NCBI GenBank assembly: GCA_951406725.2
Contig: OX597829.1
Location: 57,226,001-57,290,000 of the forward strand
DNA: 64,000 nucleotides
Reading direction: 5' to 3'
Source: Octopus vulgaris
Taxonomy: Eukaryota
Made by a program: the position numbers and the translations under genes. The notes under the pieces were generated by a model, which saw only the letters and a program-made list of their open reading frames with translations, was not told the DNA's origin and made no database searches. Below are positions 38,041 through 52,960 of this stretch, piece after piece (positions within the stretch are counted from its first letter, which is position 1; each line of letters opens with the position of its first letter).

Positions 38041-38516
38041 TTATTCAACTTTGTAAATAAACGATAGAGTTTGTTTATTTTGATAGCCTATGAATGTATA
38101 CAGTCAGTTTTTCTTGCAGGAAGACACTCGGGAAGAACTGGAAACAGAACTGAAAGAAGAAAAAAATGATAATGATGGTAATAAGCGGGGAAAACAACAG
38201 CAGCAATCAAGTTCGTGAAAAAAACAAACAAACAAAAAAGGAAAAAGAGAAAAGTCTGTGAGAAGCACAAAGAGGACAAATAGTCTACTTATGCGGGTTT
38301 CGATCATGGAATATGAAAGTAGAGCTGGGGGAAAGAAAGTTTCTCCAGGTTGTCCACACAACGCCGAGTTCAGATGTGGCTTTTTTGCCTGAAAGCTTTA
38401 AACAGAGGCTGCTAGGTGAGAAACTGAACAGAAAGGTGGATGTGGAATAAGATGGTCAATTCAAAAGGTAGACGAAGTAAAAGCAGAATCTTCATGGAAT
38501 TGGTCGACAACAGGCA

Positions 38517-38561
<45 letters not shown>

Positions 38562-38936
38562 AGAGAAACATAGACAGAAATAGAAATAGAGAGATATAGA
38601 TAGACACAGAGATAGAGAGACAGAGAGAGATATAGAGACAGATCGATAGATAGATAGCTAGATAGAGAGAGAGTTGGAGATAGAGAATAGAGAGAGGGAG
38701 AGGAAGAGAGAGGGAGAGATAGAGAAGGATAGATAAATAGATAATAGTAGGTAAGGAGAGAGAGAGAGAGAGGAAGAAAGATATATATACATACAAAGAT
38801 AGTGATAGATACATAGAGATAAACAGAGAGAGATAGAGATAGATAGACAGAGTTAGAAAGAGAGATAGCTAGAAATAGATAGAAAGAGAAATAGAGTGAC
38901 AGAGAGAGATAGACAGACAGATATATATATATAGAG

Positions 38937-38988
<52 letters not shown>

Positions 38989-39269
38989 GGAATAGATATA
39001 GGATAGATAAATAAATAGGTAGGTAAGGAGAGAGTGGAAGAGAAAAAAGAAGCAGAAGAAGAAGAAGAAGAAGAGAGAGAAAGAAAGTTTGTTGGTAGGT
39101 TCTCAGATGAAGCATTAAACATAAACTTGATAAAGAAAATGTATGAACCAGATGAAACAAACGAATATAGATTAAGGGGCACAGTGTGGTGTGTGTATGT
39201 GTATGTGTGTGTGTGTGTGTGTGTGTCACATCCTTGCACAGGTGCAAGAATATAAAAGACGAACGATAA

Positions 39270-39500
39270 GTGTGCTTATTTTAGCGTCCAGTTCAGCCTC
39301 TTGTTTTCCCTCACTCACGAACAGGACTCCAAGATGCTTGAATTTCTCGACATCTCTCAGTCATGTTCCATCAACGTGCACAATGCACTGAGTAGTCTTT
39401 CTTGGGAAGACCAATGTCTCAATCTTGGCAACGCTAATTCTCATCTCTATCTTGCAGCATTCGGCTGTGAACCCATTCAATGCATGTTGGAAATATGATA
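39270..39500 (-). mobile_element. LINE RT C-terminal relic (RTE-like)
   Basis: EMRISVAKIETLV...VEKFKHLGVLFVSEG. Confidence 0.55.
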
Positions 39501-39725
39501 TCATAAAACTAACACGACAAAACAAACCAAAAAAATCGACCAATCTTCCATCGACTCGGCTAATTTCAATTTGATCAGAAAAGTTACGTTTCTTGCAGAT
39601 CAATGTTGAGTTGTTCCCCTTGAAAAAAAAAGGAATAAATTAGTTGTCTCCCCTTTATCAGAATGCATCATTACAAGCAACAACAAAATGCTGTCGTGTT
39701 TTGAGAATGTTCACACGCACACACG

Positions 39726-39779
<54 letters not shown>

Positions 39780-40559
39780 CACACGCACACAGAGACAGCG
39801 TATCTGTTTGTCTGTCTCTCTCTCTCCTCACATTCGTATGGAGATCCTTCATCCTTAAGGCGTCACATGTGACTGTCCAAGGACGTTACGTAACGTCTTT
39901 TCGGAACCCTAAAAGAGGACCTTTGATTGCACTTGCACCGCTTATAAAGGCAATTTCGGCCGACTCGATGTATTCCCGAACTTGAGTGCTGGTTGTGTCC
40001 TCGCCTCTGGTGCATCTTCCGTTGATTCCCGGCTTGAAGTTGTTGTTGTTGCTTTTTTTGCCTGAAAACAGAGTCTGAGAAACTGAGAAACTGAGAGCAG
40101 AAGGGTGGATATGGAATAAGATGGTCAATTTAAAAGATAAACGAAGGAAAAGCAGAATCTTCGATCCGATGCTGTCGTTGAAGCTGCCATCGGTGCTGTT
40201 ATCAGACGGCGGCGTGGGTCCGGCGATATCGTCGTGGTGATCCCCGGCGGTGGTGGTGCTCGTGTAACTGCTGCTGTTGTTGCCGATGGTGTCATTGATG
40301 CTTCTGTTGTTTACTCTGGCCGTGGAACTGGTAGCTCCGCTGGTGTTGCTGGTGGTCGTCATCTCCGGCCGTAGCGCTGCTGCTGCTGCTGCGGTCATTG
40401 TTGTCAGTGCTGGTGTTTCTTCCGCCGCTGTCGTCGATGTTGTTGGATGAGTCGTTGCTGCTGATACATTGGTTGTTAGGGCCTGGATACAGCCCCAGCC
40501 TCATATTCGACTCTCTCAGCCTCGCCTTGACACCCGTCTCCCACTGGGCAGTCATTGTA

Positions 40560-41640
40560 CTTCCTGCATGAGCAACCGGCTTTGCTCGCCAAGGACTCGT
40601 TGTAATGGGACAGGTTGGAGATCCTCTTGCTGGACACTCTTCACTGGGTTCCTGAACACGACAGGCAAGTGGCAGGAGGCTGTGTTGATGTAGAACAGCC
40701 TCTCGTTTGGTTTGCGGCCTGGCGTGACGTCTAGGAAGTTTTCGACGGTGAGGTTGGTCTTGTAGTGATCCTGATTGTAATATTTACAATGTTCAGCCGC
40801 TAAAAACAGAACGGGTTAAAGATGGCGGCGAACAATGGAGATGATGTTGGTCTGCAACAATTTGGTTAAAGGCCATTTGGTAATGTGCTGCTAGAATCAA
40901 GTTCGGACGGAGAGAAAATATGCGTGACCGTCGCCTTCAGTCGCTGCTGTCTCAAGTCGCTGGCTGCTGCTGCTAGCGGTCAAACGTTCTACGACCCCCT
41001 TGCCTTGGCTAACTACCACGTAGGCAAAAGGGTCGTGCTTCCGGTGGTTCGCGCATGCGCGAGAGGGCCCTTCCTTTCTGTGCCTTGGTGAAGGCACCAA
41101 CACTCGCACGCGCGAAATAGAAAATGGACGGTGCGCGCGCGCACCGTTATAGGATCACTACAGTCTCAATAGTCATTTTGAGTCCCATGGAGCCTAGAGA
41201 ACTAGTTGGATCATTTCTAAGTCTATCAAGGGTGTGCCTTGGATCCTCTAGAGATGGCCAGAGCGTCATCTCTGTAGAAATCAAAGCGGTCTGAAGAGAA
41301 CCTCTTCCCTAAGGCGTCCAGGATGTAAAGTCCAATGAGGTCACAAATGTCGGCGCCGTCGTAAGTCCCATCGCTACATCAAAGGAACCCTCTGGGCCCG
41401 ATTGTTTGACCCAGATTGAACCTTTATTAAACTGCACCTTCTTCTTGGCATGCATGATGATGTCTATGTCTCTATCGCTAATATCAATGAAGCCCCTAGC
41501 AAAGAAAAGTGCCTTGAACAGTAACCCTTTCGGTATAGGTGAGTAAAAATGTCGAGTTGGCTGAACCTTGCTCTACCGCTCTCCTGGTTGGTATTAAACA
41601 ATGAAATCACCCCGTTTGTGCTGCACCATATGTCCTTAGT
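40560..41640 (-). mobile_element. Degraded Penelope RT interrupted by a solo LTR
   Basis: GTYDGADICDLIGLYILD, FYRDDAL and MTIET|NLTVENFLDV, RKPNERLFYIN are homologous to the ORF at 31081-32553. Confidence 0.8.
40761..41162. mobile_element. Solo LTR (Gypsy-like), 402 bp
   Basis: Termini TGTAGTGATCCT...AGGATCACTACA and a 4 bp TSD GTCT (40757-40760, 41163-41166). Removing it restores the Penelope reading frame. Confidence 0.85.
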
Positions 41641-41919
41641 ATATATTTGCTCGCCACACACACACACACACACACTTTAGAATTTGCTGGTCAGTGTAAG
41701 TCGGACTTCCTTATACGTATACATATAAATATCTTTTGTATTTCATGTATTTAGTATACTTTATATATTGATCTAACTTGCTTTCCCTACTGTTACTTAT
41801 ATATTTATGTGTATGTGTATGCGCGTATACATACATACATACATACATACATACATACATACATACATACATACATACATACATACATACATACATACAT
41901 ACATACATACATACATACA

Positions 41920-41950
<31 letters not shown>

Positions 41951-41970
41951 TTATATACATACATATATTT

Positions 41971-42032
<62 letters not shown>

Positions 42033-42179
42033 GATGGACTTCTTTTAATTTCCGTCTAGCAAATCCACTCAAACCTTTAGTCGAACCAAGACTAGCCGAA
42101 GGTGCCATTTAGTTGTTCCGAACCCAAGACATCCTGTATATACATATTCATGTATATATACACACACATACATACATTA

Positions 42180-43000
42180 GTAAGCCACTCTTTGAAAAGG
42201 CTCTTTGCCATCCATACTTTCTTATTTAAACACTAAACAAGAGGTAGATTAAACTTTGCCAAACCTTTGAAAGCTTTTCACAGTGAAATGCACAAAGGGA
42301 CTTTAACTTCATATAACCTGCGGCATTTCTTTCCAAAAGAAGTGTTAGATGATTTTTGGAAGTTTTAAAACCTGGTTTCGATTTTTCTTCTCAAGAAATA
42401 AAAGTTCTAGCAGGCATACGCTTCCAGAAAAGTATACCTGCTCAGGTGTGTAACCCACTTTCAAGCAAGCATTTTCTTTAATTATCCAGGATCAATTGTA
42501 ACAACCTCTATATCAACACTCGCTGATTCACTAATCATTTTTATGTTGTGAAAGTTCATGTGTTTTTTAAACTTGCCTTTACAAGTCAAAAAAGGTTTTC
42601 CATTAGAAGTTTCACCTTCCAATTTCTGCAAATCCTTATTTAAACTTTTGACTCTTTTTTCTGAATTATCATCGTGTTTATTGGCACAATGCACTGATTT
42701 TGATCCTCAATTCAAAGTTCGTTCCATTTAAGGTTTCCGTTTGATCCTTGGGAAAATAAGGTCCGGACAGTCAAGGGAGTAGCTTCTTGAGCACTCGACA
42801 TAATTTTCTCTCTGTTGTCACATATTGTTCCCACTGTAGACATTCAATACTTAATGCTTTGACAATAAAACTTACTTTTACTTCCACATCAAATCTTTCT
42901 GAAACATCAAATCTTTCTGATCCAGTGTAATCCTTTTTACTGTTCCGTTTCACAGGTCAGCCTTCAGTTCTACTTCATAGATTCTTTCGAGTCATCGTAA
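42180..43000 (-). mobile_element. Tigger/pogo transposase relic
   Basis: FKKHMNFHNIKMISESASVD and LFWKRMPARTFIS*EEKSKPGFK are TIGD/Tigger-like motifs. Confidence 0.7.
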
Positions 43001-43596
43001 ATTGAAAGCAAATCCAACAGCCGCGGCGGCAATCAATTATCCACAACAAATAAAGAATATTGGCCCAGATTTGCTTTGTGAGAGGAGAAAATTGACTTAT
43101 TGCTATTGATGAGAATGTGATGAGAAGGGGAAGGACTGGAGAAGAAGAGGAAGTACTATATGATTACTGTTAACTGAAGGGGCACCAGACTTTGTAGACA
43201 TTTCACCCCTTTAACTTCTGACTTACGACATAAATATACTCACGCACTCATACGCAAATATTCACAGACACACAGACACACACACACACACTCATGTACA
43301 CACACGCGCGCGCTCAGGCACATGCTGATATCTGTTGTATCAAGAGCTGGTGGGTTTATAGTGGGTTGCATTGGTTTAGATGTTAGTGACAGTGATCCGG
43401 TATCGTAGTAGTTATATTGTTCTTGCTAACTGTATTGCTGTGGCCGTATAGTCTTAAGTCAATCCTCAAAGACATTTCATTCAACTTTTAAAATGCATTA
43501 AGATATCAATTATATATATTTTTTTATTTGAAATGGATTTGCTTATTTACTTCATACTAAATGTTTCTGTCGCTGTTAGTAGTTGAAGATAGAAAC

Positions 43597-43706
<110 letters not shown>

Positions 43707-43714
43707 GCACGCAC

Positions 43715-43796
<82 letters not shown>

Positions 43797-44491
43797 TTTT
43801 CTGTTTGGTTGCCAATTTCTTCAATTTTTGTTCCAATTGATTTCAGATTTGATATGTTGATGTAGTTTTGTATAATAATCATTGACATGACATTCATTTT
43901 CGCAATAAACCAATAAATAAAGAGTTGATAGCTTTCAAGTTTGCAAATTTTGGGTAATTTTAGTCAATGGAAAGACACAAGCATATAGGTGCCTGTATCT
44001 ATAGTAACAAGCCAAGCTATTACGGAAATGCTTACACACGTGGTTATTTTTGCTTACTAAATGCTTAAAACAAAGGTAGTACTGAGATGTGCTAAAATAT
44101 TAGCTAAATGACGTACGAAAAATTTTTTGCATAATCGTATGAATTTCTGTGTGTTCAATATAAATTCGTAAATATTTTCTAAAAATTCCCCAAAATAAAA
44201 AAAAGGTATAAAGTAAAATTCTGCCAATATTTCATTTGTTTACAGTTAATTTTCTGTCATGCAGAAAATTATATCTTCCTCATCCTGTTTTCTGACTGGG
44301 TAAAAATGATCAAACTTTAAATTTCTAACTTAAAAAAAAAAAATGTTCTGGAAAAAGTGAATTATCCCCTGAGATTCAGCGTGGAAATTTAAATCAATAC
44401 ACCAAATTTGAAAATTTCCTCAGGTGCAGCCAAACAGAAAAGATCTCGCTCACGTACATACATACATACATACATACATACATACATACAT

Positions 44492-44546
<55 letters not shown>

Positions 44547-44626
44547 TACATACATACATACATACATACATACATACATACATACATACACACACATACA
44601 GATACATGTATATATATGTGTGTGTG

Positions 44627-44668
<42 letters not shown>

Positions 44669-44927
44669 TATGTGCATATATTTATATATATATACATACA
44701 CATATATATGGATATATATATATATATATATATTGGCCCGATTTGAGCAATCCCAAGATTAATCAGCCGAAATTGCGAGGATGATCTGGTTCTTGACTGA
44801 GGATAGAAAGCTTCGAATGACCTGTCCTTGTTTTTTTACATCGTCTATCTGGATGTTTTGTTGTCCCTTTTTGTATCACCTAGTTGTCCGGATGTTTTGC
44901 GTTCTTGTCCCATTTTGTATTTTATAA

Positions 44928-45015
<88 letters not shown>

Positions 45016-45016
<1 letters not shown>

Positions 45017-45406
45017 TAGCAGTATCGCCCGGCGTTGCTCGGGTTTGTAAGGGAAATAACTATATAAGCATTTTTAGAGTTATAGCCAAAAAATAGCAAA
45101 AAAATGCATTAAAAATGGAAAAAAAATGATTGTAAATTTTTTAAAAATCGTTGACTCATCGTAGACATTTTTAGAGAGTTACTTCCCTTATATAATAGCG
45201 AAAAAATGCAATAAAATGGAAAAAATAATGGTAAATTTTTTTTAAAATCGTAGACTCATCGTAGACGCGCGCTAATACCCAGAAGGGCTCGATATGAATC
45301 ACGACTATAAGATACCCAGTTTTGGTTAAACTGCACCGCAAAATGTGGGAGTAGTTAGGAATCTAAATCGTAGGAGACAGACACACAACCTCTCTTTGAT
45401 AAATAA

Positions 45407-45409
<3 letters not shown>
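45016..45409 (-). mobile_element. Non-autonomous Helitron
   Basis: 5' TC end, 3' hairpin CCCG-AGCAACGC-CGGG followed by CTAG, inserted between A and T within (TA)n. Confidence 0.8.
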
Positions 45410-45443
<34 letters not shown>

Positions 45444-45671
45444 CCGCAGGCCGACCAAAGCCTTGTGGGTGGATTTCGTACTCGCAAACTGAAAGAAGAC
45501 TGTGGCATATATGTGTATATTTGTGTGTGTCTGTGTGTATGTTTGTACCCCCAACATTGCCTGACAATCGATGTTGCTTAGTTTACGTTCCCATAACTTA
45601 GCGGTTCGACCAAACAAGTACTAAACTTACAAAGAATAAATCCTGTGGTCGATTTGTTCGGCCAATGCATT

Positions 45672-45744
<73 letters not shown>

Positions 45745-46434
45745 ATATGTATGTATACGTATACGTGTGGATATGTGTGTACGTGTGGATGTATGTATAT
45801 GTGTGAGTGCATGTGTGTGTCTGTGTGTATATATATGAACGTACGGATACATATATGTATATGTGTATATGTATATGTACGTACTTGCATTTGTATAAAT
45901 TTTCATAACTTTATTTATACCTCATAAATGAATATCCCATTCTTTTATTAACTATAAACTTACCTCATTCATATTTAAATTACCTCCATCATCGGTATTA
46001 ATTTATTGTTCTAATTCTATTCACCAACTCTATCTTCAATCTATATGTAAACCCATCACCCGAACATATACCCGTATTATTCAGTCTGCTATAATGAATC
46101 CATAAATGCATATAAAACATCCAAGTGTACATATTTTTCCTTCTGGAAATATTATATTCAGATCATATAAATATAAATTTAACATTTACGTAATAATTAC
46201 TGAGTACTAACTGAAACAGCTGTACGCGAAGATGATTAATTTGCTGTTAATGATAAACGGTTATTAACTTCCAAATCTCCATTTCCTTTTCTTCTTTTAA
46301 ATGAATATAAACTATAAATTTTTACATATATACCTACTATGTTAAGGAAAATAATTCCCCCAAAATACTAGGTACTGAACCAGTATTTCCTTGGATGAAA
46401 CCATCCCTTCATGAGGTTAACACAACCTCTAATC

Positions 46435-46482
<48 letters not shown>

Positions 46483-46796
46483 GTATGTGATCCAGTATGG
46501 CCGCAGTCAAATGACTGAAACAAGTAAAAGAATTAAAAGAATGTGTGTGTATGTATTTGTGTAACATGATAGAAGTTTTTCAAATCATTAACGTCATACT
46601 TTGGTTTTTAACTAAAACGCAAGTGGCCACTGATCTAAGAAGAAAGCATAGTTTTAGATTGTTAATAATTTAAAACTACGCAACTTTCCTTAAGAGCAAA
46701 AATTACAGATCGCATCCCGAAATTAATAGTCATGTTTTGCAACTTCTGCGAGTGCGAAACCCTGTAATCAGAGGTGGTCGCAACGCACCCGTACTC

Positions 46797-47400
<604 letters not shown>

Positions 47401-47489
47401 TCTTGATCGATATCCATTACGTCCAATCTTACCAATCGGCTTCGTACAAGGGGTCCAACGAGGTGTTAGATAACAGCCCGATTATGTAA

Positions 47490-47580
47490 CCGTGTTGTCT
47501 GAAGAGTGCATGGTTACATAATCGGACTGTTACCTAACACATTGTTGAATCCTAGTGCGAAACCGATTGGTAAGATCGGC
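47490..47580 (+). ncRNA. Hammerhead-like motif with long stem II, in an inverted repeat
   Basis: CTGAAGA at 47499 and GAAA-CCGATTGG-TA at 47559-47572. Stems I and II pair imperfectly. Confidence 0.4.
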
Positions 47581-47703
47581 TGTAATAGATATATAATACA
47601 GTGCACTTCGATAAATATACCCACTGTATTGACAAATATACCTACTCCTCGGCAGTTATTAGTTAGAGAGTCAAACGCAATTTCCCGCCTTTACGATAAA
47701 TAC

Positions 47704-47771
<68 letters not shown>

Positions 47772-48789
47772 CTCTGAGTTAAGTCGTTGGTGCAACCATG
47801 ATGTTCTGGTTATCTGATGAGCTAGCTTTCTATATTTGCATTACAATTTTATTGTATGACGTTGAGTATGTATATTACGGTACACAAGTAAGTATAATCT
47901 ATTCCACATTGCAATTAATACCACACGAAATTTATGCAACGCCCGTAATCCAAAGGATATCAAATGGTTAAATAAGTATATATTCACTTCTCATACTTCC
48001 TTATTTTTATAGCTTATATATATTTGTGTGTGTGCGCGAGTGCATGACTGGCTTCTTTCGGTTTCCGTCGACCAAATCCACTCACGGGGCTATAATAGAA
48101 AACACTTGCTCAAGATTCCTCACAGTGGCACTGAACCAAAGGCCATATGGTTGGAAAGCACAAGACCATGTCTGCGCCTACACCACATATTTACGACGAT
48201 TTATTTTTATACTGCGTTTTTTAACGCCACGTTTTCTGGTGCGTGAGATTCACTGAGGTATGGAAACAACACCCACTTTTCTTTTGCAAAAATATTTCGT
48301 TTGGAATGTTTTTTAGTGGAATGTAATTTTTTACAGAATATAATTTTTATTTCGGTAACAAACTTGTCGAATTAACTGCAGAAGATATTTTAAGAGAATT
48401 TTTATCGTCATTACAAATATTTTGATCATTAAAATTTAGTGAATGAGGTGGTTATGTTAAAGATTGCCTCTAATCTTCTTCTTATATAATAAAACGCAAA
48501 GTATGTTGCTGTCAATTACGCTGTAGGCAAAGAAGAGTAAAATAACAGGTGAAGTGGGAGTGTGTGGCAGTGAGAGGAGATTCTAAAGCAGGCGGATAAC
48601 ATTTAAAGGCTTTGCTCTGAAGACGCGTTCGGGAAAGAAGAGTAAAACAGATGGAGAGTCAAACAGAGGCGGCTAACTGCAGGCCAACTGTTGTGAGCTC
48701 AGAATTTGCCTGTATTTTATTGAAAAAGAAATTAAATTTTTATCGTAAATTATATTTATCAGTTTCACACACACACACACGGGTGTTAT

Positions 48790-50142
48790 ACCTGCGGACT
48801 GGAGAACAGCGATAATCTGCCCAATTTTCAAGAAAGGGAGCCGCGAAGACCCGCTTAACTACCGACCGGTTTCCCTTACTTCAATAATCAGCAAGATGTT
48901 CGAAACCATCCTTAAGAAAAGTATGATGCTCCACCTCCAAAACACAGCCTCTATCTCTGATTCCCAACACAGCTTCGTGCCGAAGAGATCATGCTTGACC
49001 AACTTACTGGTAATGGAAGAATTGGTGACGCGTATCCTCGATGATGGTGATGCTGTTGACATCGTTTTATTGAACTTTGCCAAAGCTTTTGACTCGGTAA
49101 ACCACCGCCTATTACTTGTCAAGCTTCAAGCATATAGTTTCCATCCGGATATTGTACGATGGGTTGGTGCCTTCCTCTCAGATCGCTCCTTCCAAGTCCA
49201 AGTTAATGGTTCGCGGTCCGACGTCTCCAGTGCGAGCAGTGGCGTGCCTCAAGGTTCAGTGCTTGGGCCCTTATTGTTCTTAGTCTTCATAAATGACTTG
49301 CCTGATGACCTCACGCAACACACCCTTCTATTTGCCGATGATGTCAAACTGGTCGCTCCTCGTGGTGATATAAAGGATCTTCGTCGATGCCTCCACCAAG
49401 TTTGGAGATGGTCTAACGAATGGGACCTGTGTCTGAACGTGTCAAAGTGCTGTCATCTGCCTGTTGGCTCTTCTCCTGCAACTCAACTTGATTTCGAGCC
49501 GGGTCGTCTGCTGCTGGAGAGGACCGACCAGGTAAAGGACCTGGGTATCTTGATGGATTCTTCGGTATGCTCACAGCGGCCATATTCCTACCGCTTCATG
49601 TCACGCTGGTGAGACCCATATTGGAGTACGGGATTCAAGCCTCTTCTCCTTATCTCCCCAAAGACATACATCATCTCGAAAGAGTCCAGAAGCTGGCTAC
49701 CCGCATGGTTCTTGGTCTCAAACATTTGTCTTATGAAGAAAGGCTGAAGACGCTCGACCTTTATTCTCTAGAAAAACGACGATACCGTGGTGATCTCATT
49801 CTTGCTCACAACATCATAAGCGGAAAGTGTAACCTCTCGAAAGAGCTGTTCTTCACTCCTGCTCCAGAGCGTCGGCTGCGGGGTCACTCCGAAAAGCTCT
49901 ATCTGCGACGATTTCATCTCAATCGAAGGAGAGGGGCTTTCTCCGTCCGGGTTGCGGATCCTGGGAATAAGCTGTCGGACGAGATAGTGAAGATGCCGAC
50001 GACCGCTCGGTTCAAAGTCTCCCTTGACCAGAAATGGCCTGAACTCTTTGCATGGACACCACCCTGTACATAACTCCATGTCCCCCTTCATGGCCTTGCT
50101 TTTTGCTTTTTGAGCCAAAAAATTAACTTAACTTAACTTAAC
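48790..50142 (+). mobile_element. CR1-like LINE, 5'-truncated
   Basis: NYRPVSLTS, QHSF...SCLTNLL, FAKAFDSV, GVPQGSVLGP, FADD and LERVQKLATRMV. (TAACT)n tail, with an internal deletion or frameshift near 49570. Confidence 0.9.
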
Positions 50143-51959
50143 ATACACACATACATACAGAGGATCTATCTGTCTGACTGTCTGTCTGTCTCTCTCTCAC
50201 ACACACAAAGAGGCATATGTGTTACATACAATAAAATGGTTTCATCGATGTAAAAAATGTAAAGAAACATACGTTCGTACACATGCATTCACACACGCAT
50301 ATGTATGCATATATTCATAAATGTACATACAAAGGTATGCGTATGTATGAGGGTATATATATATTCAAAATGACTGGCGATTAGCATCACACTTGAAACT
50401 CAAGAGTACCAACGAATTTGAATCAAAACTGTTTTGATCTATATATGCATGTATATATATGTGTATATATAAAGAGAGAGAGAGGGGAGAGAGAGAGAGA
50501 GAGAGGGAACGAAAAAGAGAAAGATGCGTGAGTGTATGCCTATATGTATGGACGTATGTACGTATATATATATATATATATGCTTGTATGTACTTATATG
50601 TGCACACATGTACACACACACACACACATACATTATGGTGATATTTTCAACTGAGACTTTACCATTGTATCTGAATCTTCAAGTGCTTCAATTCTGTATA
50701 TGAACATATATTTAGTAGATGGCTGACATTTATTAATGGTTCCCTCCATTTTGTTGGTGTGTCATTTTCTATCATTAATAAAACTGTCGGCATCTTTGCC
50801 GACACGTGTATACTGGTAGTTATATAATGAATTATAATAACTATTCTTCGTAATTGTTGGCACAGCGTCTGTAATTTTGAGTGGAGGGCAGTTATTGACT
50901 CCAGTGGTCAACGAGTAGGTATTTTATCAACCCCGAGAAGATAAGAGACAAAGTCAACTTCGGCGGAAATTGAACTCGGAATGTGAGGAACCAAATAATA
51001 ATAATCCTTTTTACAAAGAAAACAATTGCTGAAATTTTTGGTAGGAAGAAGCTAGTCGACTACATGAACACCAGTGCTCAACTGGTTGCTTATTGTATCG
51101 ATCCCGAAAGAATGACAGGCCAAGTCAGCCTCAGCAGTATTTGAATTCGAAACATATTAACCTACACCATAACGATTCTGCCAGCTTGCCATCTTCAATC
51201 CTTTCGTGGGAAAGAGCTAGTCGTTTACATCGACCCCAATGTTTAACTGGTGCTTATTTTACCGATCTTGAAAAGATGAAAGGCAAAGTCGACCATGGCC
51301 GATTTGAACACAAAACGTAAAGAGCCAAATAATGATGGACTCTCTCGTCGAAGACGACCTATGTATGTTCAGCTTTCGCCGAACGACCTGCACAAATGAT
51401 TTGTTTATGGTGATCAAATGTATGCGTTGTATATAAAGCTTATACTCTCTCCATAAAAATCCGGACAGGTGCATCGTGTACCACGCGTTAGGTGCCGAAG
51501 AGATCGCAAAGCAACCTGAGATGGGGTGTTTTGCTACAGAACATAACACAGAGCCCGGTCTGGGAATTGAAACCGCAATCTCGCGATCGTGAGTGCAACA
51601 CCTTAACCACTAAGCTATGCGTCCTCAAGCCCCCCCCCCAAATAATAATAATAAATGCCCTGATGCAGTACCAGGCAGTGGCTCTCATGGCTTTTCATCT
51701 TACCTGAATGGAAGTGTTATCATATACATTGTTTTGTCTTGGTATAAAAGATGGGCTACAGCAAATATTCTGCTCAATACCACAGATTTGCTTGTCAGTT
51801 GTTTGACCTTAACCAGTTGAGCATGTCCCTCAGTGGCTGACGATATGTGCATCACTGATCACAAGAAGAAGTAGTGGGGGAGCATCATAGCCATGTGTTG
51901 AGAGGGATTCTTTGGTGCACTTAGAAATAAAATCAGCACTCAACTACCAACTTGGTTAA

Positions 51960-52783
51960 AACTAAACGCAAAAGAAATAGACAAAGAAAAATCCCAGCAA
52001 TGGTTGAGAAGCTCAGGACTCAAAGCAGAGACAGAGGGATTTTTAATTGCAGCACAAGACCAAAGCCTCCCCACCAGAAATTACCAAAAACATGTAATGA
52101 AAAGAAATATAACAAGTAACTGCAGAATATGTGGAGATGGACAAGAAGCAATAAATCATATTATCTCTAGCTGCCCAGTCCTGGCTAAGAAGGAATATAT
52201 TCACAGACATGACAGAGTTGGAACCTACATATACTGGAAGCTATGCCAACATTATGGAATAACAACAGAAAAAAGATGACATAAGCACACGCCACAAAAG
52301 GTCACAGAAAACGAGAAAGCAACCATACTCTGGGATATGCCGATACACACAGATAGAGAAATTAAGGCCAACAGACCAGATATAGTCGTCAGAGATCATG
52401 AAAAAAAAAATGCTTTCTAATTGATGTATCAATACCGGCAGATGACAACGTGCCTCTAAAAGAAATGGAGAAACTTTCAAAATACAAAGACCTGGAAATA
52501 GAGGTAACCAGAATGTGGAATCTAAAAACAGAAACAATTCCTATCATAGTAGGTGCATTACGCATGATAAAAAAATATTCAGACAAATACATAACAAAAA
52601 CACCAGGACTTACAAACACATATAACATACAGAAAATTGCACTACTAGGTACTGCACACATCCTACGCAGAACACTTTCCATACAATAACCATCAGAGCA
52701 TCACAACAAATCACAGCACATACCCAAGGCACACAGAGCTGCGCTCGGTAGTGAAGTGAAAGCACGCTATAAAAATAAAACTA

Positions 52784-52787
<4 letters not shown>
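51960..52787 (+). mobile_element. R4/Dong-type 3' fragment with (AAT)n tail
   Basis: ETEGFLIAAQDQ, CRICG, HIISSC, RHD, NRPDIV, KYKDL and ALLGTAHILR. Confidence 0.9.
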
Positions 52788-52861
<74 letters not shown>

Positions 52862-52960
52862 TTGCTTGTCAGTTGTTTGACCTTAACTAGTTGAGCATGT
52901 CCCTTAGTGGCTGACGATATGTGCATCTCTGATCACGAGCAGAAGTAGTGGGGAAGCATC

